Source: Eledone cirrhosa (Eukaryota). Taken from it: a stretch of 64,000 nt of DNA. The DNA lies in the NCBI GenBank assembly GCA_964016885.1, contig OZ024749.1, positions 7,626,001-7,690,000 of the forward strand, given 5' to 3'. Under the pieces are notes generated by a model. It was not told the DNA's origin. It was given only the letters and a program-made list of their open reading frames with translations, and searched no databases. A program made the position numbers and the translations under genes. Position 1 is the first letter of the stretch. The number at the start of each line of letters is the position of its first letter. Shown in pieces: positions 13,122 through 26,999 of the stretch.

Positions 13122-13521
13122 GGACATTATTATTATTAATATTATTATTATTATTATTCTCTACATTCCTTACATCAAACTAAAATATGTTGACAATCTT
13201 TTAATAATGTCTTCCTTGTGAAATTTGTGGTCTTGTTTTGCTTAACTAATGAATATTTCCAGCTCTCTGCACCTAACTTCTGCATGAAACCAGCCACCTA
13301 GCTGCCTTCCACTGCATATTGCACATTGAGCACATGCCTTTACGCTTTGGCTTCTAACTAATTCACCAATCTCTCTCCTCCTATCTCCTCTCCTATCTCC
13401 TCTCCTATCTCCATCTCTTTCTTTAAGATTGGTTTCTCTTGAACTGTGTATATTATATATATATATATATTATATATATATATATTATATATATATATAT
13501 TATATATATATATATATTATA

Positions 13522-13603
<82 letters not shown>

Positions 13604-13605
<2 letters not shown>

Positions 13606-13748
13606 CGAAGGACGTGTGTTAAGGACCAGGATGGACCATAACGCACCAGAGTACTTAACACTTAGGGTAGTAGAGTGGTAATAGGAAAATGTCCAGAAAT
13701 AGCCGTCTAAACAGCCTGAGCTCTGCCGTCGGGATTAAACATTTTCCT
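13604..13748 (+). mobile_element. Family A fold-back element (internally deleted)
   Basis: Same family as 7530-7714; flanked by (TA)n. Confidence 0.8.
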
Positions 13749-13771
13749 ATATATATATATGTATGTATGTA

Positions 13772-13890
<119 letters not shown>

Positions 13891-13899
13891 GTATGTATG

Positions 13900-13963
<64 letters not shown>

Positions 13964-14086
13964 GGAGGTGAGTTTTATTGTAGTACAATAAAGCAATGCA
14001 GATCTTGGATAAGAAGCACTCTACAGTTTGTAGGACTGGAGTATACATAATATATAAGATCAAAAGATGGTTAAATGTGTTCCATG

Positions 14087-14157
14087 TATTTTATTATGCG
14101 CATTTCAAATACAAATATCATCATGCAATAACATTTGTGTTTTCATCAGATAAAATA
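14087..14157 (-). ncRNA. Type I hammerhead ribozyme (family E)
   Basis: tattttat-CTGATGA-aaacacaaatgtta..tgatatttgtattt-GAA-ATGCGCAT-A-ataaaata: perfect 8-bp stem I, palindromic stem III. Confidence 0.85.
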
Positions 14158-14246
14158 GGAGGACATGATATGAAGGTTCATCAACATATGTTGATTTAAA
14201 ACTGCACTATCCACAAGTGTTTTTTAACCTTCATATCATGTCCTCC

Positions 14247-14315
14247 TATTTTATCTGATGAAAACAAATGTTATTGCATGATGATATTTGTTTTTGAAAT
14301 GCGCATAATAAAATA
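14247..14315 (+). ncRNA. Type I hammerhead ribozyme (family E)
   Basis: CTGATGA 14255-14261, GAA 14296-14298, ATGCGCAT 14299-14306, predicted cleavage after A14307, stem I 14247-14254/14308-14315. Confidence 0.8.
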
Positions 14316-14438
14316 CATGGAACTCATTTAACCATCTTTTGATCTTATATATTATGTATACTCCAGTCCTACAAACTGTAGAGTGCTTCTTATCCAATAT
14401 CTGCATTGCTTTATTGTACTACAATAAAACTCACCTCC

Positions 14439-14485
<47 letters not shown>

Positions 14486-14772
14486 ATCCTAAAACATCTT
14501 TATGACCAACCGTCAACATTTCTGTTTTTCTTTACAACAAAACAAACAGATGAATGTAGACTATGGAGAGAATTACAGTACAACTGACCTTTGGTTGAGG
14601 TCACTTACTACACACACACACACACACACACACATACAGTTTTACACACAGTTGTACACACACACATACAAACACACAAACACATCACATTGTGTAATGC
14701 CTCATATGTCAGAGATTGTAGACTGAAACTCTTTGTGTGTAGGATATATATCCTACACACACACACACACAC

Positions 14773-14883
<111 letters not shown>

Positions 14884-14909
14884 TATATATACATATATAT
14901 ATATATTAT

Positions 14910-14985
<76 letters not shown>

Positions 14986-15037
14986 TATATATGTATATAT
15001 ATGTATATATATGTATGTATATATATGTATATATATG

Positions 15038-15071
<34 letters not shown>

Positions 15072-15157
15072 TATATACATATATATATAAATATATATAT
15101 ACAAGAAGCTTTTATTTTTTCAAGTCCAATATATATATATATTTCTGTGTGTATGTG

Positions 15158-15248
<91 letters not shown>

Positions 15249-15409
15249 TGGAAGTGAGAGAAATAGTGGAGAGAGATTTATGTTATTTTTTACAAACTTT
15301 CTTGATTTCAAGAAATGCTAAAGACGTTGTCAAGTCATTTTGTTAGTCATTGTAAAGACTGAGGTCAGCGGAGATGAAACGGAAATCCAACAGAAAGAAC
15401 CTATAGTGT

Positions 15410-15559
15410 TACTACTACCACTACTACCTCTACTACTGCTACTACTACTATTACTACTACTACTACTACTGCTACTAATACTGCTGCTGATGATGATGAT
15501 GGTGATGATGGTGATGCTGATGATACTACTAATACTACTACCACTAATGCTGCTGCTGT

Positions 15560-15602
<43 letters not shown>

Positions 15603-15691
15603 GCTACTAATACTGCTGCTGCTGATGATGATGGTGTTGATGGTGATGTTCATGATATAACTACTACTACTACCACTACTACTGCTGCTGT

Positions 15692-15739
<48 letters not shown>

Positions 15740-15831
15740 CACTACTACCTGTACTACTACAACTACTACTACTACCACTACTATACTACTACTAATACCA
15801 CTACTACTACTACCACTACTGCTGCTGCTGT

Positions 15832-15883
<52 letters not shown>

Positions 15884-16080
15884 GCTACTACCTGAACTAC
15901 TACAACTACCACTACTATACTACTACTAATACTACTACTACTACTACCACTACTGCTGCTGCTGTTACTACTACTACTACTACCACTCCTGATGCTGTTA
16001 CTGCTACTACTAATACTACTACTAATACTACTACTACCACTACTACCTGTACTACTACAACTACTACTACTACCACTACT

Positions 16081-16111
<31 letters not shown>

Positions 16112-16126
16112 CACTACTGCTGCTGT

Positions 16127-16168
<42 letters not shown>
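15410..16168. repeat. Compound (CTA)n/(CTG)n/(ATG)n microsatellite with internal ~120-bp duplications
   Basis: Triplet repeats read directly. Confidence 0.9.
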
Positions 16169-16467
16169 ATATAGTTGTAGTAAACTGTTCTTGAATTATA
16201 TTTCAGCTGCTACTACGACTATTAATAAAGCTAGTCTTAATACTAACAATGATAACAATGATAGTAATAGCACTGGTAATGGTATAATGTGTTAACCTTC
16301 TTCAGTATAGTTGGAGAGAAAAGCGACAAGGTTTGTGACGGAAGGAAATGACGAAGATTTTATTCCACTCTTTGTTTGTTCATCGTAAAACTTCGATGCT
16401 AAAAGCATTTCCGTGTTGCTTTGAAGCACACAAACACATACATACCAACAGACATACACATATACAT

Positions 16468-16537
<70 letters not shown>

Positions 16538-16539
16538 AA

Positions 16540-16613
<74 letters not shown>

Positions 16614-16649
16614 AGTATATATATATATATATATATATATATAAGTATA

Positions 16650-16741
<92 letters not shown>

Positions 16742-16952
16742 TATATGTATATATGTATTTATATATACACATATATATATGTATCTCTCTCTCTCTATGT
16801 ATATATATATATATATTTATATATTTAAATATACGCATGTATATATATATTTACATATACACATATGTATATACTTATATATTTATATCAGTATATATAT
16901 GTACCTTCACGTTACACTCCCTGGATAATAATAATAATATATATATATATAT

Positions 16953-17232
16953 AAGGAATTGTGGTAAGGAACCAGGTGGACCATAACGCACCAAAGTACT
17001 CAATACTTAGGGTAGTAGAGTGGGTAATAGGAGTAAGTAAGACCCCGACGGCTGAGCTCAAGCCGTTTCGACGGCTAATTCTGTACTCAATTAGAGTCCA
17101 GAAATAGCCGTCGAATCGGCTTGAGCTCTGCCGTCGGGGTCTTACTTACTCCTATTACCCACTCTACTACCCTAAGTATTGAGTACTTTGGTGCGTTATG
17201 GTCCACCTGGTTCCTTACCACTTTTCCCTCGC

Positions 17233-17233
<1 letters not shown>
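16953..17233. mobile_element. Family A fully symmetric fold-back element
   Basis: Two long arms head-to-head around ~17090; both carry the private variant gagtaagtaagacccc. Confidence 0.88.
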
Positions 17234-17264
<31 letters not shown>

Positions 17265-17394
17265 TTAGAAGGCAAGTTTATTCGTAAAAGCAGAAGCTGC
17301 TGAAGAAGGCAATAGTATTACATAGTGTGAAAGATAATAATGTGAGACTTAATAATATTACACGTACACACATATATATAGGAACATATATAAG

Positions 17395-17434
<40 letters not shown>

Positions 17435-17447
17435 TATTTATATATAT

Positions 17448-17594
17448 TTATTTCTGAAGACGGCGTATATATGTGTTAGGTATGTATATTTAATCTTGAT
17501 AATTTGTATAATTTTGTATAATTTTGTACATAGATCTGTTGAATATGCATACCAATTATAACACATATATACCCTAGAAACGATCGTTAAATAA
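17448..17594 (+). ncRNA. Type I HHR with ~116-nt stem II domain (in a PLE-type end 17262-17787)
   Basis: ttattt-CTGAAGA(17454-17460)-cggcgtatatatgtgtta..taacacatatatacccta-GAA-ACGATCGT-T-aaataa. Confidence 0.8.
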
Positions 17595-17783
17595 TGAAAT
17601 TTTTTTGTTTAATATAAGGAATTGTTTATTCATTATTTGTTTAATATTTTATCTTGACTCTGTATACCGTTTGTCTTTCACCGAAAGTGGATTTTCATCG
17701 CATCTCTTCTTTCCATGATATCCGGAATACATTGAGTTCTTCATACGGATTGGACACTACCGTAAACTCTTGGTAGATTTATC

Positions 17784-17841
<58 letters not shown>

Positions 17842-17888
17842 CCTATATATATATATAAATATATATAGCAATATACGTGTATGTGTAT

Positions 17889-17928
<40 letters not shown>

Positions 17929-18179
17929 TTTTATATATATATATAAATATATATATATACCCGTATATTAGTTCTCTCTCGCTCTGTCACTCTCCATAAA
18001 TATATATAAATATATATATATATATATATTAGCCTAAAAAAATATCTATATGCGTGTGTAATTAATACACGCATGCATTTATTTTTTTAATTTCAATTGA
18101 GTTCTTAACACGTTGGATTGATAATGTTTTTGAAAAAACTAATTAACCCACGTGTTTATTATTTTCTTTTCTCGTGAAT

Positions 18180-18314
18180 CGTGGTTGTCTCCCTTTCCCG
18201 CTTAGTGACGCTATGATACTTCCTCAGTCAAAAGACTGCTGGAATTTCAAATTTGGCGGTCATTCGATGCGTGAAGGAGCAGCTTAGCAGACACGATTTT
18301 TAACTGCGGTAAGA
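18180..18314 (+). promoter_or_regulatory. Candidate Pol II promoter / non-coding first exon
   Basis: E2F-like TTTCCCGC (18194) and TTTGGCGG (18252), CHR-like TTCAAA (18246), Inr-like TCAGTC (18224), donor G|GTAAGA (18309); non-repetitive and CpG-containing. Confidence 0.35.
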
Positions 18315-18343
18315 ATTTTTTCTTATATCAAAGTTTAATGGGC

Positions 18344-18457
18344 TTCCACTAAAGATTTATAAGTGCCCACCTAAATATATTCTTACATGAATATATGTTA
18401 GGCTTCTACATATTCTCCCAATTTGTAGAAAACTTATAATGAAACAATTGTTTCGAA
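18344..18457 (+). ncRNA. Degenerate HHR with branched stem II
   Basis: ttcca-CTAAAGA-tttataagt-[two hairpins]-acttataat-GAA-ACAATTGT-T-tcgaa; G5A core substitution. Confidence 0.55.
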
Positions 18458-18638
18458 AGAGAGATATTTTTTAACTTTAATTATATCTCATAAAATAATA
18501 CAACTGGCTTTCCACATAATACATATAGTTAGCACCCCAAACACTTAAATTGGGTTTATACTAACATATAACCTAATGTTTGTTGAGTGAGATGGTTACC
18601 AGTCGGAGTTTAGCTTTAAGCTATCTCTGTTATTGTAT

Positions 18639-18743
<105 letters not shown>

Positions 18744-18805
18744 ATACATACATACACGCACGTATATTGCTAGCTCTCTCTCTCTCCAAACACATGCATA
18801 CACAG

Positions 18806-18836
<31 letters not shown>

Positions 18837-19126
18837 TCTGTCTCTCTCTCTATATATATATATATATAGAGAGAGTGTAACGATGTCCTTGTTGTTGTTG
18901 TTGCTGGTGGTGGAGGTGGTTCTGATGATGGTGGAGGTTGTGTTGGTGATGGTGGTAATGCTACTGCTGCTATCCTGGTCGCTCTAATACTATTGTATTT
19001 AATTTTATATACACTCTCCCCGTCCAAATTAGTAAGCCATTTCAAATACACCCACATGAATATATAAATGCCGGCAGGAATGGTTAAATAAAGAATTGAA
19101 TGTACGAGACAAAAACCATGACAATA

Positions 19127-19510
19127 TCTTTATATATATGAAAGCGAGGATGTGTGTGTGTCTGTGTACAACTTTGCATACTTAAGGCTTTTACAATTAC
19201 CAACTGAATTTGACCAAATATTCTCTGCACGCTGCACAGCTCGCTAAGATTGTCACATCAAAAAACATTTTTCAAATCGACCCACGTTGAGCAATAAAAA
19301 ATCGATATAAAAATTATCGGTAGCAAAATTGATGTAACGGAGGTAACCAACTTTATTGACAATCCTTATAAAAAAGGGCGATAACCAACTTTATTGACAG
19401 AAATATAAACATCAGATTCATTTGAAGATAAATCACTAATATTATCGTTTGTTTCTTGTTTATTCTTTGTTGCATTTCAAACCCCGGGCAACGCCGGGTA
19501 AATCTGCTAG
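19127..19510 (+). mobile_element. Non-autonomous Helitron (384 bp)
   Basis: A|TC 5' end, subterminal hairpin cccggg-caac-gccggg (19483-19498), CTAG|T 3' end, no TSD. Confidence 0.85.
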
Positions 19511-19639
19511 TCAACAATAAACTGCTATATATTAGTCGATACACACAGATTTCTATATACATACACATATACGCACTCATACATATATACACATGTTCAC
19601 AAGATAGACGCAACCATTTTAGATCCATCGAATGTGGGT

Positions 19640-19870
19640 CGACGTGATCCCAGACAACGTCGCTTACCAAATGAGGTAGAGAAGTTCAACTCGGACCAAG
19701 GACACAATATTTCCATGGGTCTTTCCCATTACTGATACTATCTACCGGTCGCAACTCCTGGCAGAAAGTGCAACGTGAAATAAAGTGTCTTGCCTAAGGA
19801 CATAACTCATCGTCCTGGCCTAGAATCGAACTCTCAAACATTACAATTGGGAATCTAACTTTCTAACTTT
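19640..19870 (-). mobile_element. Older CORE-type tRNA SINE (relatives at 60810-61035 and 29270-29470)
   Basis: Minus strand gttcgattc B box followed by gtccttaggcaagacactttatttcacgttgc. Confidence 0.7.
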
Positions 19871-19939
19871 TTAGCTACGTGTCTTCACTATAGACATATT
19901 AATATGTATGAATAATGTCAATTTGATCCTTTCTCCACC

Positions 19940-19990
<51 letters not shown>

Positions 19991-20367
19991 TCTCTCTCCC
20001 CCTCTCTGTCTTACTCTCTCTCCCCCCTCTCTCTCTCTCTTACTCTCTCTCCCCCCTCTCTCTCTCCCTTTCCTACTGGAATTAACATGCAAGTGGCTGA
20101 GCATTCCACAGATGCGTATACATTTAACGTAGTTTTGGTCGAATTTCTAAGAGACACACATTTTGACAGTCCCTTTAATTATAGGTACAACTAGTTTTTT
20201 ACAGGTTCGTGTGACTGGCCGTAGCCTAAAAGTGCACCAAATTCTGTAATCTGACAAGCAATTGTAATTCTATTATCAGAGTTTGCAGCCATCATATATG
20301 TACGTATGCTTTTATGTATGTATATATATTTTATGTATAGATAAATAAATGCATACATACATACATA

Positions 20368-20800
20368 TATGGTGGCTGCCAACTCGTTTTCGAGTACGGC
20401 CACTATTTTATATCCATGTAGGAGAACCCCTACCGATGCGCTGAACGAGTGTGACTTTTTAGTCCAGCCAGCGACTTGAAAATTCTGGTACAAACACTAC
20501 ACTTGTGACAATTACTGACACATAGTGCTGGGCCCATGGTACCATGTGACGACAAGTGCAGAGAGATCTCCAGATATAAAGCAATGCCTGTGCCGTGAAG
20601 CTTTTATAGTGAGCAAAGGCACTGCACAAAGCCAGTCCCACTCTCTTAACCAAGATGATATTTACCAAAAAGAAGAACAAGTCAACATCATTGGATACCA
20701 TCAGAGTTGCAGGTGTTATATCAGAGTTTTCCTTCTCGTAGAATTCTGCCTTGACAAAGGCTAAGGGGTCATCTCTCCCAGAGATTACCCCTTAGCCTTT
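20368..20800 (-). mobile_element. Non-autonomous RTE-like retroposon, young copy
   Basis: Near-identical to 21600-22008 and 54600-55007; 3' part encodes a C2H2 remnant ([26 protein letters not shown]...H) followed by an (ATGT)n tail. Confidence 0.8.
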
Positions 20801-20954
20801 GAGATACATACATATATATATATATATATATACACATTACCCAGAGATACATACATATATATATATATATATACACACACACATATATATATATATATAT
20901 GCATGCATGTATGTTTGTATGTATACATGTATATATGTATATATGTAAATATGT

Positions 20955-21375
20955 GAATGGTCGGGTCGTCGGTGACAAAACCGGCAACCTCACCAATCCT
21001 GTTTGGTGAGGAGGGTGGATTTGGCCATCGTCAAAGGGCGGAGGAACTCAACAGAGTTTTTTTTTTCTATGGAGCGAAAGACACCTAGTCTTCATTAAGA
21101 CATCTCTCTAGGAGAAGGTCTCACTGATATAAAACCTGTGACTGCGTTTACATCCAATGATGTAGATCAGTTCTTCTTTTGGGGGAAAATGCATTCAATA
21201 TTCAGAGAGGGGGATTGGCCCCGTGCAAAGCCTTTCCTCCCTTAAAAAAGCTTCAAGCTCAGGCATCGCTTGATATGTGATATTTTTTGCAAATTGCTGG
21301 CCACAGCCAAGTCACTAGCTGGACTAAAAAGCCATGTCCGTGGTGCTGATGCTTGAGATCAAGCGATGACATTAC
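20955..21375 (+). mobile_element. Older diverged relative of the same RTE-like retroposon
   Basis: Colinear similarity (ggtcgggtcg..ggtgaggagggt..ctaggagaagg..gctggactaaaaag). Confidence 0.65.
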
Positions 21376-21400
21376 TTGATGTAATGTATGTATGTTATGT

Positions 21401-22008
21401 CAGGTCACCAGTTGGTGCTACTGGTAACATGTATCCCAGTACAACCTGTCTCATGGTCGGGTCGTTGGCGATTAAACTGGCAACCCCACTAAGGTTTCTT
21501 GGTGAGGAGGGTGACTTTGGACATCCTGCAAGACTAAAAACAAAACCTGTCAAAAGGCAAAGGAGCTCTTAAGAGTCAATGGCCATCCAAAATCACCGGG
21601 AGAGATGACCCCTTAGCCTTTGTCAAGGCAGAATTCTAGGAGAAGGAAAACTCTAATATAACACCTGCAACTTTGATGGTATCCAATGATGTTGACTTGT
21701 TCTTCGTTTTGGTAAATATCATCTTGGTTAAGAGAGTGGGACTGGCTTTGTGCAGTGCCTTTGCTCACTATAAAAGCTTCACGGCACAGGCATTGCTTTA
21801 TATCTGGAGATCTCTCTGCACTTGTCGTCACATGGTACCATGGGCCCAGCACTATGTGTCAATAATTGTCACAAGTGTAGTGTTTGTATCAGAGTTTTCA
21901 AGTCGCTGGCTGGACTAAAAAGTCACACTCGTTCAGCGCATCGGTAGGGGTTCTCCTACATGGATATAAAGTAGTGGCCATACTCGAAACCGAGTTGGCA
22001 GCCACCAT
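21401..22008 (+). mobile_element. Non-autonomous RTE-like retroposon, apparently full length (~610 bp)
   Basis: Same 5' start (ggtcacca.ttggtgctactgg) as 36978; C2H2 remnant and (ATGT)n tail; no RT coding sequence. Confidence 0.8.
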
Positions 22009-22189
22009 ATATGTATGTATATATATATATGTATGTATGTATGTATGTATATATATATATGTATGTATATATATATATATATGTATATATATGTATATAT
22101 ATGTATATATATATATTTATGTATATGTATATGTATGTATATATATATATTTATGTATATATATATATATGTATATATATATATGTATG

Positions 22190-22226
<37 letters not shown>

Positions 22227-22231
22227 ATATG

Positions 22232-24327
22232 TTTTCTCTTTCTCTTAATTTCGAGTATATTTTTTTGACCGGCCACCTTCCTGGTGGCAAGGTTGTAAAA
22301 GAAAAGAAATTGTCATCCCTTGAATCGCAAGAATGTTTTGCAAATTTTGAAGGTGCCAGCTATCGCAGCCATTTGTAGACTATGAATTAGGGAGCTGCGC
22401 TTTTTGTCCGCAAATCCAAGTTCAGTCATACTTTGGTCCAAGCGGGTTGGTATATAACCCGTAGCACCAATAATGATGGGTATGAAGCTAAAGGTGTATT
22501 TTGGATACTGGATTTGTAAACTCCTCATCAATGGTCCGTAGATGTCCTCCTTCTCCTGTATTTTTCTGACAACGTTTACACCAAGTGGGCAGCTGATCTC
22601 CACAACAGAACACGTTTTCAATGTGTGGTCCCAAACTACAATATCAGGCCGGTTGCGCTTTAATTTGGTGGCAGTTTTTATTTTCAGGTTCCACCAGTAT
22701 TCCTTAGTGCCATCTGTCTCAATATATTCTTCCTCGTTTGTTGTTAATTTTGTTTTCCGAAGTGCGTTCCAGATGGTTCTAGCTATCCCATCGTGTCTCA
22801 TGGGGAGGTAGTAGCGAGATGACATTCTTTCGCAGCTGGCAACAATGTCGCTTACATCCTCGATCTTTGTTTTACATAGCCTACATTTATTGTCAGCTGC
22901 TGGCCCTCCTCTTTTGTGCAGCAGATATTTGGTAGGGAGTTCTTGTTCCTGTATTGCATAGAGATATCCCTCAAGGTGTGATGTCATAAACTTGTCGGAA
23001 CTCCATGCCAGTCTTTTTGAGTGGTTTATCCCCTCTATGGTCTGTGTTTTACGCCTCAAGTATCCATGCACATTTTTTTCTGTAAATTGGTCAATTTTTT
23101 TATCTTGTTTGAACATTGAATAGGATCTTCCGATTTCTCTGGGTGAGAGATTTATATCAGGCTTTATTCCATATCTCTCCTCCAGATCAGTCGCTATTCT
23201 AATGATATTTCTTTTTTCATGGTCATAAACCTGGGCAAGATGGTTGCCAACCTTTTTCCTCTATTGAAGGTGTTGCTTCAGTGTTACTATCCGGGTCTCA
23301 TATGTTGTTAATATTGATTTTAGACCCCGGCCACCTTCCTTGCGTGAGAAGTATAGCCTATCCACATCACCATTGATGTTAAAGTTCCCAGTAACACTGA
23401 GAAGTTTTCGAGTTCTAACATCCATCTCACTTAGTTCTTGCAATGACCAGTTCAGTAGGCCAAATGTTGGCGTTAGAATTGGCACAGCATAAGTATTGTG
23501 GGCAATGTATTTGTTGTATGCTGACAGTTCTGATGACCATATTTTCTTTACTCTTCTGAGGTATTCAGTTCTGGTTCTCTCCTTATTTATGGGTCCATCA
23601 TATCTGACATTCTCATCCTGTCCAAGATATCTGTAGTTGTCACCTGACTGCAGAGGTTGTATTGTCAGGCCGTTCATCTCTAGATTTCTAGAGGAGGGCA
23701 CAGCTCTTCCACGTTTTACTGCCAAATATGCACACTTGGACTCACCAAATTTCATTTTGATGTCGGTTGAAAATTGTGTAATGAGGTCCAATTGTTTCTT
23801 GCTGTCATTGATATTTGGCCCATACAACTTCAGGTCATCAACAAAGAAAAGATGGGAGATACTTCTGGGCCCACTTCTTTGTCCACCTTGTTTCCTGAGT
23901 AGGTAAGATAGTGGATTCAGTGAGAGAACGAAGAGTAGCACTGACAAGCTATCACCCTGAAAGATGCCCTTCTGGTAATGTATCTTATCAGTCTTAACTT
24001 GCTCCTTCTCACCTCTAAGGATCAAATTGGTGTACCAGTTCTTGGTCAGGCGTTCAACAGCAGCTACCAATGGTTGTGGGACTTTAGCTAACTGTAAAGC
24101 CTTAACAATTCACCCATGAGGTACACTATCAAATGCTTTTTGATAGTCCAGCCACACCACAGTCATGTTTCTGCGATTCTTTGTTGTTTTTTCCTGAATC
24201 ATTTTAGTAGTTAGTAGGTGATCTATGCAACCCCACACCTCCCTCTTTCCACCAGCTTGCTCAGGTGTTATGATGTTGTTGGTAGCACAGTGATCCTGTA
24301 AGAACAGGTTTAGGCACCCAGTATATA
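22232..24327 (-). mobile_element. 5'-truncated R4/Dong-clade non-LTR retrotransposon (RT + CCHC + restriction-like endonuclease), with stops
   Basis: [37 protein letters not shown]; CRLC..IVASC, RHD, RPDIVVWD..VVEISCP..K; both ends in TA/TACA microsatellite. Confidence 0.92.
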
Positions 24328-24385
24328 ATTTATAATTTATGTATGTATATATATATATATATGTATGTATATATATATATGTATG

Positions 24386-24421
<36 letters not shown>

Positions 24422-24506
24422 TGTATGTATATATGTATGTATATATATATATATGTATGTATATATGTATGTATGTATGTATATACATATGTATGTATGT
24501 ATATAC

Positions 24507-24539
<33 letters not shown>

Positions 24540-24617
24540 TTTGTGTATATATATGTGTATATATATATATGTATATGTATATATGTATATATATATATAT
24601 GTATATGTATATATGTA

Positions 24618-24651
<34 letters not shown>

Positions 24652-24653
24652 TG

Positions 24654-24696
<43 letters not shown>

Positions 24697-24705
24697 ATAT
24701 ATATT

Positions 24706-24910
24706 GGGGAGATCTCTCTGCACTTGTCGTCACATGGTACCATGGGTCCAGCACTATGTGTCAATAATTGTCACAAGTGTAATGTTTGTACCAGAGTTTT
24801 CAAGTCGCTGGCTGGACTAAAAAGTCACACTCGTTCAGCGCATCGGTAGGGGTTCTCCTACATGGATATAAGGTTGTGGCCGTACTCGAAAACGAGTTGG
24901 CAGCCATCAT
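24706..24910 (+). mobile_element. 3' fragment of the RTE-like retroposon
   Basis: Translates [26 protein letters not shown]; ATGT tail. Confidence 0.8.
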
Positions 24911-25049
24911 GTATGTATGTATTACGTATATATAATTTGTCTGTTACTACAATCTATCATTTATAACGCATATAACATTTCTCCACGTCTCTTCTCATTC
25001 ATCAGTCAATATAACAATTGCTAAAGTAAGAAGCAAAGATGTATTCACA

Positions 25050-26091
25050 CACCCAGCCACACATACATGCACACGTACACACACATACATATACACACAC
25101 ATAAACACACTTACACAAACACATACATATACACACATGCACACACACACACATACACACACGTACACAAACACACATGCACGCACACGTACACACACAC
25201 ATACACATACATATTCACACACATACACAAACACACAAACATACATACATATACACACACATACACACACATACACACACGTACACAAACACACATACAC
25301 ACACGTACACACACGTACACATATATACACACACATACCACACATACATATATACACACATATACACACACACGCACCCCTCCCCACACACATACGCCCA
25401 CACAGTCACACACACACACACACAGAAAGTCACATACAGACAGTGACACACACCTATAAACACGGACCCACATACACACACTCAGACACACACTGACGCA
25501 CAAATACATACTGAAGGAAAAGACTCACAGAGAGATTCAACCAGATGCCTACACATACATACATACACACAGAGGTACACATACATACACACAGAGAGGT
25601 ACACATACATACACACAGAGGTACACACACAGACATACACACATACAGAGGCATACATAAACATAGAGACATACATATACACAGAGGCACACATATACAC
25701 AGAGGCACACATATACACACAGAAGCTTATATATATACAGAGCCATATATGCATCAAACAAAGACACAGACACAAACACACACATGTAGACACAGACACA
25801 AACACACACACATGCACACATGCACACATGCACACACAGACACACACTCACATACGCACACACACACACAAACACACACACAGATGCACACATACACACA
25901 CATATATGCACACATACACACACATACACACAGACACACACAAACACTCAGACACACAAACACACAGACATACACACACGCGCGCGCACGCACGCACACA
26001 CACATACACAGACATAGACACAGACACAAACACACAGACACACAACCACTCAGACACACACACACACACTCAAACACAAACACAAACACAC

Positions 26092-26126
<35 letters not shown>

Positions 26127-26600
26127 GACACACACACAGAGACGCAGAGTCCAAGTTGTTGAAAAGCTCAGTGTTTCTAAAGATTGCTCGGTTTGGCTCT
26201 AAAGTTTTACCGGATAGAGATACGTGGACAATGAAGTGAGATGGTGTTGTGTATGTGTGCGTGTGTTTATGTGTATGTGTGTATGTGTCTGTGTGTGTGT
26301 GTGTGTTTGTGTGTATGTGTGTGTGTGTTTATGGGTATGTGTGTGTATGTGTGCGTGCGTTTGTGTATGTGTGTACGAGTGTGTGTGAGCGTGTACGTGT
26401 GTTTGTGTGTATGTGTGTATGCGTGATTTGTTGTATATGTGTGACTGTGCGGGTCAGTCCATGTGCGTGTGTGTGCTTCTTTTCGGGTGTCTATGTATGT
26501 TTGCATGTGTGTGTGTGTGTGCGTTGATGTGTGTGTGCATGTGTATGTGTGTTTTTCTTTTCAGGTGTGTATGTATGTGTGTAGAGTGGGGGGGGGGAGT
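25050..26600. repeat. Degenerate (CA)-rich then (GT)-rich low-complexity tracts
   Basis: Read directly; ~100 bp unique spacer at 26140-26240. Confidence 0.85.
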
Positions 26601-26800
26601 ATGTGTATGTTTATGTAAAAATGTGCACGAGACAGAAGAGGAAAGAGAAATATATGTATTCAGCGAGAAGGAGAGGGTGTAAGAGAGAAAGAGGGAGTAA
26701 GAGGTTGATAGGTACATATACATAATTAACTCACAACTCAAATACATATATACTTATATACACATGTACATAGATATTCACACACACGCGTATATATTTA

Positions 26801-26999
26801 TATAGGAAAAAGTATGATCCCGACGGCAGAGCTCAAGCCGCTTTGACGGCTATTTCTGGAGTCCAGAAATAGCCGTCGAAACGGCTTGAGCTCTGCCATC
26901 GGGGTCATACTTTTTCCTATTACCCACTCTACTACTCTAAGTATTGAGTACTCTGGTGCGTTATGGTCCATCAGGTTCCTTACCACAACTCCTTCGTTA
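26801..26999 (-). mobile_element. Family A fold-back element
   Basis: Palindrome centred on tctggagtccaga (~26860); short arm ends at tataggaaaa. Confidence 0.88.

Larger units (their letters stand above)
13961..14441. mobile_element. Family E symmetric fold-back element (arms ~217 bp) in (TA)n
   Basis: 13961-14177 is the reverse complement of 14225-14441 with few mismatches; one HHR per arm. Confidence 0.9.

Noticed and set aside
26140-26240. Small exon between the CA and GT tracts
   Set aside because: One open frame and a GTGAGA donor, but no polypyrimidine tract or homology.
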